From the NCBI GenBank assembly GCA_937138295.1, contig CAKZOX010000153.1, positions 1 through 32,814 on the forward strand: a DNA stretch of 32,814 nt, in the 5' to 3' direction. The notes under the pieces were generated by a model. It made no database searches. It saw nothing but the letters and a program-made list of their open reading frames with translations, and was not told the origin of the DNA. Shown here in pieces: positions 18,515-28,649 of the stretch; position 1 is the stretch's first letter; the number at the start of each line of letters is the position of its first letter. Position numbers and translations under genes: made by a program. Source of the stretch: an uncultured Campylobacteraceae bacterium (GTDB lineage Bacteria > Campylobacterota > Campylobacteria > Campylobacterales > Arcobacteraceae).

Positions 18515-19168
18515 CTATCTTGAACAATCTGTAAATGCTCTATCAAAAAGTGTGATATAAAACCTATCTTCTAACTTAGTTACATAAAAAATAATGTAAG
18601 GAGTTAAAACAACTTTATAGGATGTTTTTTCAACAATTTTTGCTTTGTAAAAATCCTCTTTTTTATAAAAATCAACATTAGTTTTATTAAAATCAGTCAT
18701 ATGTTCAGTTAAATAGTTTTGAACATCAGCATTTATAAATAAACCACTATCATTCCATCCATAAAACTTGTCATCTTCATAGCTACAATCAAATTTTGGA
18801 TTAGCAATTTTTATAGCTCTAAAATTTATATCATCTTCCCTTTCATAAATAACATGATTTAATTCTTCTAAACCCTCATAAACAAAATTATTGATTGTTT
18901 TTTTGTGAACTATTGCTTGATTTCCATCAATTTTAAATACATCATAGTAACCAAAAGTTGGATGTATGTATTTATTTAATAGATTTAAGTCTTTATTTTC
19001 TAAAGCAAAAACAATTTCATAAATTTCTGTTATTAATAAATCAGTTATCTCTTCCCTAACAAGTTTTCTCTCTTCTTTTATTTGTTCAGGTTCTGTTTTT
19101 ACACTACATGCAGTGAAAATAAACATTAAAGTAAAAGGGATTAGAATAGTTTTTATAAAAATTGACAT
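18515..19168 (-). CDS. Hypothetical lipoprotein.
   Basis: Signal peptide with lipobox: MSIFIKTILIPFTLMFIFTAC|S. 217 aa. Confidence 0.5.
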   Translation of the reverse strand: MSIFIKTILIPFTLMFIFTACSVKTEPEQIKEERKLVREEITDLLITEIYEIVFALENKDLNLLNKYIHPTFGYYDVFKIDGNQAIVHKKTINNFVYEGLEELNHVIYEREDDINFRAIKIANPKFDCSYEDDKFYGWNDSGLFINADVQNYLTEHMTDFNKTNVDFYKKEDFYKAKIVEKTSYKVVLTPYIIFYVTKLEDRFYITLFDRAFTDCSR

Positions 19169-19299
19169 TATGTGCCTTATTTAGTTGTGTAATTTGTAAA
19201 GTATTTTACTACTATTTAATAAAGAGAAGTTAAATTTTTTACTTTTAATGAACAGTTAGATAAAATATCTACTAAATTTTATTATTAGGACTAATTAAA

Positions 19300-20220
19300 A
19301 TGACTGAAGCAAAATATATTTGGATGGACGGAGAATATGTAAATTGGCATGATGCTAAAGTTCACGTACTATCTCACACTCTTCATTACGGTAATGGTGC
19401 TATTGAAGGTACTAAAGCTTATAAAACTGTAGATGGAAGATGTGCAATTTTCAAATTAGAAGAACATACAAAAAGATTAATAAACTCTTCAAAAATGACA
19501 CTTATTAATGTACCATTTACTTTAGAAGAGTTAAATAAAGCACAGGTTGAATTATTACAAAAAAATGAATTATTCGACGGTGCATACATCAGACCACTTG
19601 TTTATTTAGGTTATGGTGTAATGGGTCTTTATCATAAAGATGCTCCAGTTAAAGTTTCAGTTTCAGCTTGGGAATGGGGTGCATACTTAGGTGAAGAAGG
19701 TATGAAAAAAGGTGTTAGAGTAAAGATTTCATCTATGACAAGAACGCCAAATACTTCAGGAATGGGTAAAGCAAAAGCTGTTGCAAATTACTTAAATTCT
19801 CAAATGGCTAAGTTTGAAGCAGTTGAAGCTGGTTATGATGAAGCATTATTAAGAGATGACCAAGGTTATATCGCTGAAGCTAGTGGAGCTTGTTTCTTTA
19901 TCGTTAGAGATGGAGTAATTATTACACCACCAAATGATAATTCATTAGAATCAATTACTCAAGCAACTGTAATTGATTTAGCAAAAGACCTAGGTTATGA
20001 AGTAGTAAGAAGAAGAATTACTAGAGAAGAAATTTACATAGCTGATGAAGCATTCTTTACAGGTACTGCAGTTGAAGTAACTCCAATTAGAGAAGTTGAC
20101 TGTAGAATTGTTGGTAAAGGTGAAAGAGGTCCTGTTACAGAAGAGCTACAAAAAGCTTATTTTGATGCTGTAATGGGTAAAAATGAAAAATATAAAAAAT
20201 ATTTAACATACGTTAACTAA
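19300..20220 (+). CDS. ilvE: Branched-chain amino acid aminotransferase.
   Basis: 306 aa. IWMDGEYVNWHDAKVHVLSHTLHYGNGAIEGTKAY... matches PLP fold-type IV BCAT. ExGxxNLF-like and T(G)TA blocks are present. Confidence 0.85.
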   Translation: MTEAKYIWMDGEYVNWHDAKVHVLSHTLHYGNGAIEGTKAYKTVDGRCAIFKLEEHTKRLINSSKMTLINVPFTLEELNKAQVELLQKNELFDGAYIRPLVYLGYGVMGLYHKDAPVKVSVSAWEWGAYLGEEGMKKGVRVKISSMTRTPNTSGMGKAKAVANYLNSQMAKFEAVEAGYDEALLRDDQGYIAEASGACFFIVRDGVIITPPNDNSLESITQATVIDLAKDLGYEVVRRRITREEIYIADEAFFTGTAVEVTPIREVDCRIVGKGERGPVTEELQKAYFDAVMGKNEKYKKYLTYVN

Positions 20221-20242
20221 AATTAATAAAGGAATATAATAA

Positions 20243-21328
20243 ATGCCTATTGATAACGACTATTTTAAAAAAAGACAACAAAATAGCGGTGGCGGAAATA
20301 ACAACAATGGTGGTGGTGGAAACTACCAACCACCATTTGAGCCACCAGAATTTTTCAAAAACTTTGGGAAAAAAGCTGGAGCACTATATGTGATCATAGC
20401 TATAGTTATTGCTCTTTTTGTTTTTAAACCATTTGTGATTATTGAATCAGGACAAGTTGGTATTAAAGTTACTACTGGTAAATATTCAGAAACTCCTTTA
20501 AACCCTGGATTCCATTTCTATCTTCCAGTGTTCCAAAAAGTAATTATTGTTGATACAAAAGTTAGACTTATCAACTATAAAACTTTAGAAGAAATGAGCG
20601 GTTTTGACTCTGGAATTAGAATTAATCCAGCAATCAATATTCTTGATGCTAGAGGTTTGCCTGTTTCTATTGAATTAACAGTTCAATATAGACTTACAGC
20701 AGCTGGTGCTCCTACTACTATTGCAACATGGGGACTATCATGGGAAGATAAAATTGTTAACCCTGTAGTTAGAAATGTTGTAAGAAATGTAGTTGGTGGA
20801 TTTAATGCTGAAAGCTTACCAACAAAGAGAAATGAAATCGCTACTATGATTGAAAATGGAATTAGAACTCAAATTGAAGCTTTAGAAGGTAGACCTGTTT
20901 CTGTTGAATCAGTTCAATTAAGAGAAATCGTTTTGCCAGAAAAGATTAAAGATCAAATTGAGAGAGTTCAAATTGCAAATCAAGAAGCTGAAAGAGTAAG
21001 ATATGAAGTTGAAAGAGCTAAGCAAGAAGCTGAGAAAAAAGCTGCATTAGCGCAAGGGGAAGCGGATAAAAACAGAATTGAAGCTCAAGGTAGAGCAGAT
21101 GCTGTAACTATTGAAGCTAAAGCTCAAGCAGCTGCTAATAAAGAGATTGCTTTATCTTTAACTCCAACATTACTTCAAATGCAACAAATCCAAGTGCAAG
21201 GTAAATTTAATGATGCACTTAGAGAAAACAAAGATGCAAAAATATTCTTAACTCCTGGTGGATCAACTCCAAATATTTGGGTTGATACTAAAGACAAGTC
21301 AAGAGATACTGCTATTCATAGCAAGTAA
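20243..21328 (+). CDS. SPFH/Band-7 domain membrane protein, HflK-like. It has a Gly/Asn-rich N-tail, one TM, an SPFH domain and a C-terminal coiled coil.
   Basis: N-terminus NSGGGNNNNGGGGNYQPPFEPPEFF, then TM ALYVIIAIVIALFVF, then VIIESGQVGIKVTTGK.. (SPFH), then an Ala/Glu-rich coil QEAERVRYEVERAKQEAEKKAALAQGEADKNRIEAQGRAD. Confidence 0.65.
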   Translation: MPIDNDYFKKRQQNSGGGNNNNGGGGNYQPPFEPPEFFKNFGKKAGALYVIIAIVIALFVFKPFVIIESGQVGIKVTTGKYSETPLNPGFHFYLPVFQKVIIVDTKVRLINYKTLEEMSGFDSGIRINPAINILDARGLPVSIELTVQYRLTAAGAPTTIATWGLSWEDKIVNPVVRNVVRNVVGGFNAESLPTKRNEIATMIENGIRTQIEALEGRPVSVESVQLREIVLPEKIKDQIERVQIANQEAERVRYEVERAKQEAEKKAALAQGEADKNRIEAQGRADAVTIEAKAQAAANKEIALSLTPTLLQMQQIQVQGKFNDALRENKDAKIFLTPGGSTPNIWVDTKDKSRDTAIHSK

Positions 21329-21335
21329 TTTTAAA

Positions 21336-21364
21336 ATAGAGTAGATTTTCTACTCTATTTTTTT
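21336..21364 (+). terminator. Rho-independent terminator after the SPFH gene.
   Basis: ATAGAGTAG (21336-21344), loop ATTTT, CTACTCTAT (21350-21358), followed by a T-run. Confidence 0.7.
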
Positions 21365-21368
21365 ATAT

Positions 21369-21755
21369 ATGAAAAAATTAAACTTTCTTTTATTTACCCT
21401 AATTACAATTGTTGCGATTATTTTATTTTTTTATTTTAACCAAGAAAAAGAGATAAAAAAGACTCAAAAGTTAAATGAAAAAAATAAAGTAATTCAAGAA
21501 AAAAAAGTTATCAAAAAAGAAGAAGTTAAAAAAAATCCAGAAACAATTCAAGAATTAGATTTGACATTGCGTGAAAAAAAGATAATTGATGAAAATAGTT
21601 TTAAAAAAAATGAAAATTATGAAGCACCAATTCCTTTAAATAGTGATATTAAATTAGAAAATAAAAAAGATATTGACATAAATATTGATATGGATGTAAA
21701 TAAAGAAACTAAATCTGTAGATGGCGTTGAATTAAATATACAAAAGAAATTTTAA
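21369..21755 (+). CDS. Hypothetical Lys/Glu-rich protein with an N-terminal membrane anchor.
   Basis: 128 aa. MKKLNFLLFTLITIVAIILFFYF followed by a highly charged low-complexity region. Confidence 0.3.
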   Translation: MKKLNFLLFTLITIVAIILFFYFNQEKEIKKTQKLNEKNKVIQEKKVIKKEEVKKNPETIQELDLTLREKKIIDENSFKKNENYEAPIPLNSDIKLENKKDIDINIDMDVNKETKSVDGVELNIQKKF

Positions 21756-21773
21756 AACTAAACAAGGTAAAAA

Positions 21774-22457
21774 ATGGAATCATTAAATAAAATTGACTGG
21801 GAAAAAGTAGACGGATTAGTTCCTGTTATCACTCAAGATGCAACAAGTAATGAAGTACTAATGTTAGCATATGTAAATAAAGAAGCTTTACAACTAACTT
21901 TAGAAACAAAGTTTGCACACTACTTTTCAAGAACAAAACAAAGACTTTGGAAAAAAGGTGAAAGTTCAGAGCATACTCAAGAAATAGTTGATGTTTTAAT
22001 TGATTGTGATAATGATACTTTAATTTTTAAAGTTAATCAAAAGGGTGTAGCTTGTCACACAGGTAGAAAATCTTGTTTCTTTACTAAGCTTGAAACTAAT
22101 GAAGAGACTCATAAAATTGAAGTTGATACAAGTGCTGCTTATGGAGTAATTGATAACTTATATCACACAATTATTGAAAAGAAGAATGATGATCCTAAAA
22201 AATCATACACAGCAAAACTACTTCAAGGTAAGCAAAATTCTATGCTTAAAAAAATCATTGAAGAAGCAGGTGAGTTTACATTTGCAGTTAAAGATAATGA
22301 CCATGAAGAAATAGTTTATGAAGGTGCTGATTTAATGTATCACTGTTTAGTTGCCCTTGCTTCAAAAAATATCTCACCAGATCAAATCAAACAAGAACTA
22401 GCTAGAAGATTTGGTATGAGTGGAATTGAAGAAAAAAACTCAAGACCTCAAGATTAA
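21774..22457 (+). CDS. hisIE: Bifunctional phosphoribosyl-AMP cyclohydrolase / phosphoribosyl-ATP pyrophosphatase.
   Basis: HisI block LVPVITQD....ML.YVNKEAL..TLETK.AHYFSRT...LWKKGESS..CDNDTL...C..G..SCFF. The HisE (MazG-like) C-terminal half is LYHTIIEKK....SYTAKLL.GK...KKI.EEAGE. Confidence 0.85.
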   Translation: MESLNKIDWEKVDGLVPVITQDATSNEVLMLAYVNKEALQLTLETKFAHYFSRTKQRLWKKGESSEHTQEIVDVLIDCDNDTLIFKVNQKGVACHTGRKSCFFTKLETNEETHKIEVDTSAAYGVIDNLYHTIIEKKNDDPKKSYTAKLLQGKQNSMLKKIIEEAGEFTFAVKDNDHEEIVYEGADLMYHCLVALASKNISPDQIKQELARRFGMSGIEEKNSRPQD

Positions 22458-22476
22458 GAAGTAGTTTTACTTCTTA
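22455..22476. terminator. Hairpin spanning the overlapping 3' ends of convergent hisIE and the mazG-like gene.
   Basis: TAAGAAGTA (22455-63), loop GTTT, TACTTCTTA (22468-76). Both stop codons lie inside the stem. Confidence 0.35.
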
Positions 22477-22814
22477 TTCCCGTACGCTATTTCATTACCA
22501 TTTTCATCAATAAGTGGATATTTTTTCTCATTTTTATCCATTTTACTTAAAATTGCTTCTTCTAAATCAATATCATATTTCATACAAATTCTAAGTAAAT
22601 AAATAGCAACATCAGCTATCTCTTCTTTTAAGTGCTCTTTTTTATCGCCACTTAAATTTGAAGCTTGCTCTAAAGTTAACCATTGAAATATTTCAACTAA
22701 CTCAGCTGTTTCAACACTAAGAGCCATAGCTAAATTTTTTGGGTTGTGGTGTTGATTCCAATTTCTATCATCTGAAAACTTTTGTATTCTTTGTTTTATT
22801 AAATCTATATTCAA
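22467..22814 (-). CDS. MazG-like nucleotide pyrophosphohydrolase (single-domain, YpjD/MazG-type).
   Basis: 115 aa. RNWNQHHNPKNLAMALSVETAELVEIFQW...LKEEIADVAIYLLRIC is the EExxE/D MazG motif. Confidence 0.65.
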   Translation of the reverse strand: MNIDLIKQRIQKFSDDRNWNQHHNPKNLAMALSVETAELVEIFQWLTLEQASNLSGDKKEHLKEEIADVAIYLLRICMKYDIDLEEAILSKMDKNEKKYPLIDENGNEIAYGNKK

Positions 22815-22889
22815 AACTATTCCCTTTTACAAAAAGATTCACTATTATATCAGTAGATGTTTTTAAATTTTTTAAATAAGGATTTTTAT

Positions 22890-23774
22890 ATGGCAAAACT
22901 AGGATTTATTGGTTTAGGAATTATGGGTATACCTATGGCTGGACATTTAATAAAAGCTGGAAATGAAGTTTACTTACATACTAGAAGTGAAATATCAAAA
23001 GAGCTTTTAGATATAGGTGGTATAGCTTGTAAAAATGCCTGTGAAGTTGGTAAAAATGCAGATATTATATTTATAATGGTTCCAAATACTAACCATGTAT
23101 ATGATGTTTTATTTGGAAAAGATGGAATATCTAATGGAATATCTAAGGGTAAATATATAGTTGATATGAGTACTATATCTCCAATTGACACAAAAGAGTT
23201 TGCAAAAAAAATAAATGATTTAGGCTGTGAATACTTAGATGCTCCTGTTTCAGGTGGTGATGTTGGTGCTAAAAATGCTACATTATCTATTATGGTTGGA
23301 GCTAATGAAGAAGCTTTTGAAACTGTAAAACCATATTTTGAAATCATGGGACAAAACATAACTTTAGTTGGTAAAAATGGAGATGGTCAAATTGCTAAAT
23401 TAGCAAATAACATAATAGTTGCCCTTAATATTGAAGCTGTAAGTGAAGCTTTAGTATTTGCATCAAAAGCAGGTGCCAATCCTCAAAAAGTAAAAGATGC
23501 TTTAATGGGTGGTTTTGCCACTTCAAAGGTTTTAGATATTCATGGTCAAAAAATGATTGATAGAACATTTGAACCGGGATTTAAAGTAGAACTTCATCAA
23601 AAAGATTTAAATTTAGCCCTTGATAATGCACAAAAATTAGGAGTAGCCTTACCTAATACTGCAAATACAATGCAATTATATAATTCATGTATAGCTGATG
23701 GTGAAGGTCAAAAAGATCATTCTAGTTTAGTAAAAAGTATTGAGAAATTAAGTAATTTTGAGATTCAAAAATAA
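22890..23774 (+). CDS. NAD(P)-dependent 3-hydroxyisobutyrate / 2-hydroxy-3-oxopropionate reductase-family oxidoreductase.
   Basis: The Rossmann N-terminus MAKLGFIGLGIMGIPMAGHL and the catalytic-region pattern fit the HIBADH/GarR family. AAGGA RBS precedes the ATG at 22890; the track start at 22857 adds a non-conserved 11-aa extension. Confidence 0.7.
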   Translation: MAKLGFIGLGIMGIPMAGHLIKAGNEVYLHTRSEISKELLDIGGIACKNACEVGKNADIIFIMVPNTNHVYDVLFGKDGISNGISKGKYIVDMSTISPIDTKEFAKKINDLGCEYLDAPVSGGDVGAKNATLSIMVGANEEAFETVKPYFEIMGQNITLVGKNGDGQIAKLANNIIVALNIEAVSEALVFASKAGANPQKVKDALMGGFATSKVLDIHGQKMIDRTFEPGFKVELHQKDLNLALDNAQKLGVALPNTANTMQLYNSCIADGEGQKDHSSLVKSIEKLSNFEIQK

Positions 23775-23781
23775 AAGCTAA

Positions 23782-23805
23782 TAAAAGAAGTAAAAACTTC
23801 TTTTA
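23782..23805. terminator. Bidirectional hairpin terminator between the convergent oxidoreductase and mrp genes.
   Basis: TAAAAGAAGT (23782-23791), loop AAAA, ACTTCTTTTA (23796-23805). T/A tracts flank both sides. Confidence 0.6.
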
Positions 23806-23818
23806 TTAAATAGTTGTC

Positions 23819-25009
23819 TTAGTGACAACCACATCCTGTTCCACAAGAACCACCACTTGACTGTTGTGCTTGAGGTTGAGAAGCAGCAGCTGTACTTGCA
23901 CCCGCTGTTGAACATGCACTAACACCTGGAGGTGTTGTTGGTTGTATAGACTCATTAGAAATATCATCATCAACGCTATCTAAAAATGCAATTAACTTTT
24001 CAGCTGCTTGCATATATCTTTTTGCAGAAATTGATTCAGGGTTAAAGTAAGTTACTGGTTTACCAGCATCTCCACCTTCTCTAATAGCAGGTTCAATAGG
24101 TAAATTACCTAATACTTGAGTATTATATGAATCAGCTAAAGTATCACAAGTTCCCATTCCAAAGATATCAGATTCAGTTTCACATGATGGACAAATAAAT
24201 CCACTCATATTTTCAACAATACCAGCAACTGGAATGTGAAGTTTTTTAAACATATCTAATGATCTTCTTGAATCATCAAGGGCAACATGTTGAGGAGTAG
24301 TTACATTTACACCAGCACTAACAGGAACACTTTGAGCTAATGTTAATTGAGCATCACCAGTTCCTGGAGGCATATCAATAAATAAGATATCTAATTCTTC
24401 CCATAAAATATCTCTTAATAATTGTTGAATAGCCTTCATAATCATAGCACCTCTCCAAATAAGAGCCTGCCCTTCCTCCATTAAGTTACCCATAGACATA
24501 ACATCTACACCAAAGGCATTTAATGGTTTAGCTTTATTACCAACTACTTCAACTTCAGCACCATTTAAACCCATCATTCTAGGAATGTTTGGACCATAAA
24601 TATCTGCATCTAAGATACCTACTTTTTTACCTTGCATAGATGCTGCAATTGCTAAGTTAACAGTAGTAGTTGATTTTCCAACTCCACCTTTACCTGAACT
24701 TACCATTACAACTTTTTTAATTTGAGGAGCCATGTTTTTACCACTAACTGAGTTAGAGTTTTGTTTTGGAGCCTCTGGTTTTTTAATGTTTAAAGTAATA
24801 TCTAAACCTAAAGAAGCTAATTTTTCATTAATATCTTTTCTTAATGCTTCTTCAACTTCAGGTGCACTTGAAGTAATATCAAGTGTAATTGCACACGCTG
24901 AACCACTTACTTGAACATCTTTTACGAAACCAAAATCAATAATAGATTTTGAGAAACCTGGATATTGTACGTTTGATAATTCTTTTTTAACATCTTCAAT
25001 ATTTGCCAT
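23819..25009 (-). CDS. apbC: Mrp/ApbC/NBP35-family Fe-S cluster carrier ATPase with an N-terminal DUF59 domain and an extra C-terminal Cys/His-rich tail.
   Basis: P-loop GKGGVGKSTTTVNLA; CPSC cluster-ligating motif; DUF59-like N-terminal domain. The last ~45 aa (..QPTTPPGVSACSTAGASTAAASQPQAQQSSGGSCGTGCGCH) are low-complexity plus a Cys cluster. Confidence 0.8.
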   Translation of the reverse strand: MANIEDVKKELSNVQYPGFSKSIIDFGFVKDVQVSGSACAITLDITSSAPEVEEALRKDINEKLASLGLDITLNIKKPEAPKQNSNSVSGKNMAPQIKKVVMVSSGKGGVGKSTTTVNLAIAASMQGKKVGILDADIYGPNIPRMMGLNGAEVEVVGNKAKPLNAFGVDVMSMGNLMEEGQALIWRGAMIMKAIQQLLRDILWEELDILFIDMPPGTGDAQLTLAQSVPVSAGVNVTTPQHVALDDSRRSLDMFKKLHIPVAGIVENMSGFICPSCETESDIFGMGTCDTLADSYNTQVLGNLPIEPAIREGGDAGKPVTYFNPESISAKRYMQAAEKLIAFLDSVDDDISNESIQPTTPPGVSACSTAGASTAAASQPQAQQSSGGSCGTGCGCH

Positions 25010-25112
25010 ATCAAAAATCCTTTTTGTATTTATTAAAATTTGTTTTTTTGTATTATAATTGAAATAGGATAATTTTTGTCTTAATTAAAAAGAAAAAAAT
25101 TTAAATCCTGTT

Positions 25113-25137
25113 AAAAAGAGGAAAAATTCCTCTTTTT
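25113..25137 (-). terminator. Rho-independent terminator immediately 3' of thiC. It is palindromic and could act in both directions.
   Basis: AAAAAGAGGAA (25113-25123), AAA loop, TTCCTCTTTTT (25127-25137). It begins 3 nt after the thiC stop. Confidence 0.7.
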
Positions 25138-25139
25138 AA

Positions 25140-26498
<1,359 letters not shown>

Positions 26499-26649
26499 CT
26501 ATAATTTAAAAAATATTAAATAAATTGTTTTGATTATATCAAAAAATATTTATATCTGCTTAATTTATTTACTTATTTTAAATTATTAATCTTGTAAGTT
26601 TCATTTTGATATGATTTGACATAAATAACAAATCTAACATGTAGAATAT

Positions 26650-27465
26650 ATGAATAACGAATTAATAAGAACAATAAAATCTATACCGCCTTTACCAGAC
26701 AATATTACTGATTTAGAAGAGTTTAAAAAACTTAATAATGAAGATGTTGACACTTTAACAGAAATAATAAATAGAGATCCACTTATGACAGCTACTGTTT
26801 TAAGAGTTGCCAACTCAACTATGTTTGGATTTAGAAGTGAAATTGAAACTGTTAATAAAGCAATAAATCTATTAGGTATAAATTTTACAATCTCAATAGC
26901 AATTGGTTCAGCAATACAAAACTCTGTAAAAAGTAATTTAAGTGCCTACGGAGTTACAAATGAGGATTTTTTATTTTCTTCAATGTTAGCAACAAAACTT
27001 GTAAATTCTTGGGTAGCATCTATTGATAATAATCTATTAAAAGACTTAGTTTTACCAGCATTCTTACAAGACATAGGTAAATTTGTAATATCGCAAGTTA
27101 TTCAAAATAAAAAACTTACAAATGATTTTTTAAAAAGACTAAGTGAAATTCATGATTTATCAAAAATAGAAATTGAATTTGTAGGATATTCTACTTCTAG
27201 AATTACTGCAAATATCTTTAAACATTGGTCATTATCTCACAAACTTATTTTACCTATTGCCTTTGTAGAAAACATTGAAAACTGTCCTGAAACATTTTTA
27301 AAACAGTCTCAAATTTTACACATTATCAAAATATTAACAACAGTTACAGAACCACTTAGTGAAAATATGATTGAATTAGCTTCACAAAAAGCACTTGAAT
27401 ATGGCTTTGATGTTGAGAATTTAAAATTTTGTGTAAATGCTATAAAAAAGAAAATAGAAATTTAA
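26650..27465 (+). CDS. HDOD-domain signalling protein.
   Basis: 271 aa. LPPLPDNITDL...LTEIINRDPLMTATVLRVANSTMFG...INLLGINF... is the typical HDOD (PF08668) N-terminal pattern. Confidence 0.6.
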   Translation: MNNELIRTIKSIPPLPDNITDLEEFKKLNNEDVDTLTEIINRDPLMTATVLRVANSTMFGFRSEIETVNKAINLLGINFTISIAIGSAIQNSVKSNLSAYGVTNEDFLFSSMLATKLVNSWVASIDNNLLKDLVLPAFLQDIGKFVISQVIQNKKLTNDFLKRLSEIHDLSKIEIEFVGYSTSRITANIFKHWSLSHKLILPIAFVENIENCPETFLKQSQILHIIKILTTVTEPLSENMIELASQKALEYGFDVENLKFCVNAIKKKIEI

Positions 27466-27521
27466 CTTTTCATAAGTAAGAAGCTTGTATAATTTGTAAC
27501 TTTTTTACACAAAGGTAGATT

Positions 27522-28649
27522 TTGATTGATGTAAGCCTCATTATTCTCTGCGCTGGAAATTCAACTAGGTTTGAACATAAAAGCAAAAAGCAGTGGCTAA
27601 GAATAGATAACGAACCTCTTTGGTTATACGTAGCCAATAGACTAAATAACAACTTCTCTTTTAAAGAAATAATAATAGTAAGCTCTCCCTTAGAATTAAA
27701 CTACATGAAGAATTTTAGCGATGATTATATTTACACAACTGGTGGAGACACTAGACAACAATCATTGAAAAATGCTTTACAAATAGTTACATCATCTAAA
27801 GTTATGGTAACAGATGTTGCAAGATCTTGTGTACCATTTGATGTTTTAAATAGATTAATTCAAGCAAAAGATGAAGCTGATTGTATTGTTCCTGTATTAG
27901 ATGTTAGTGATACTGTAATTTATGGGAATGAAACTATCAATAGAGATGAAGTTAAATTGGTTCAAACACCTCAATTATCAGATACAAATATTTTAAAAAA
28001 TGCTTTAAATACAAATATAGAATATACAGATGATAGTTCAGCAATCAAAGCAAATAACGGAAGTGTAAAATACATAAAAGGTGATACACAAAGTAAAAAA
28101 TTAACTTTTGGAAGTGAACTTAAAGATATTGATTGTTTAAAAGAACCTTCTAAAAACTTTTTTACAGGCTTTGGATATGATGTACACGCCTTTGAAGATA
28201 AAAAACCTATGTTTTTAGGTGGAGTGAATATTCCATGTGATTATGGATTTAAAGCACATAGTGATGGAGATGTATTAATACATTCAATTATTGATGCTCT
28301 TTTAGGTGCTATTGGTGCTGGTGATATTGGAGAATTTTTCCCTGATACAGATGAAAAATACAAAGGTGCTGACTCAAAAATCTTATTACAAGAGATTGTA
28401 TCGTTTGTTCACAGTGTTGGATATGAAATAGTAAATATTGATGCTTTAATAGTAGCTCAACAACCAAAAATCAATCCTCACAAACAAGAAATAAAATCAT
28501 CTTTAGCCAAGATTATAAATCTACCTAAACAATTTATAAACATAAAAGCTACTACCTCTGAAAAGATGGGTTTTATTGGAAGAAAAGAAGGAGTTGCAGT
28601 TCATAGTGTTGCAACTTTGAAATATTATAACTGGATGGAAAAACAATGA
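27522..28649 (+). CDS. ispDF: Bifunctional 2-C-methyl-D-erythritol 4-phosphate cytidylyltransferase / 2-C-methyl-D-erythritol 2,4-cyclodiphosphate synthase.
   Basis: IspD N-terminus LIILCAGNSTRF. IspF C-half GFGYDVHAF...HSDGDVLIHSIIDALLGA..GDIGEFFPDTD. The start is TTG (no in-frame ATG) and is preceded by AAAGGTAG. Confidence 0.85.
   Translation: MIDVSLIILCAGNSTRFEHKSKKQWLRIDNEPLWLYVANRLNNNFSFKEIIIVSSPLELNYMKNFSDDYIYTTGGDTRQQSLKNALQIVTSSKVMVTDVARSCVPFDVLNRLIQAKDEADCIVPVLDVSDTVIYGNETINRDEVKLVQTPQLSDTNILKNALNTNIEYTDDSSAIKANNGSVKYIKGDTQSKKLTFGSELKDIDCLKEPSKNFFTGFGYDVHAFEDKKPMFLGGVNIPCDYGFKAHSDGDVLIHSIIDALLGAIGAGDIGEFFPDTDEKYKGADSKILLQEIVSFVHSVGYEIVNIDALIVAQQPKINPHKQEIKSSLAKIINLPKQFINIKATTSEKMGFIGRKEGVAVHSVATLKYYNWMEKQ

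Noticed and set aside
22857-22889. Upstream ATG (MFLNFLNKDFY) for the oxidoreductase.
   Set aside because: The Rossmann GxGxxG begins at residue 5 of the MAKLG start, and an AAGGA RBS sits between the two ATGs. The extension is a non-conserved AT-rich translation.
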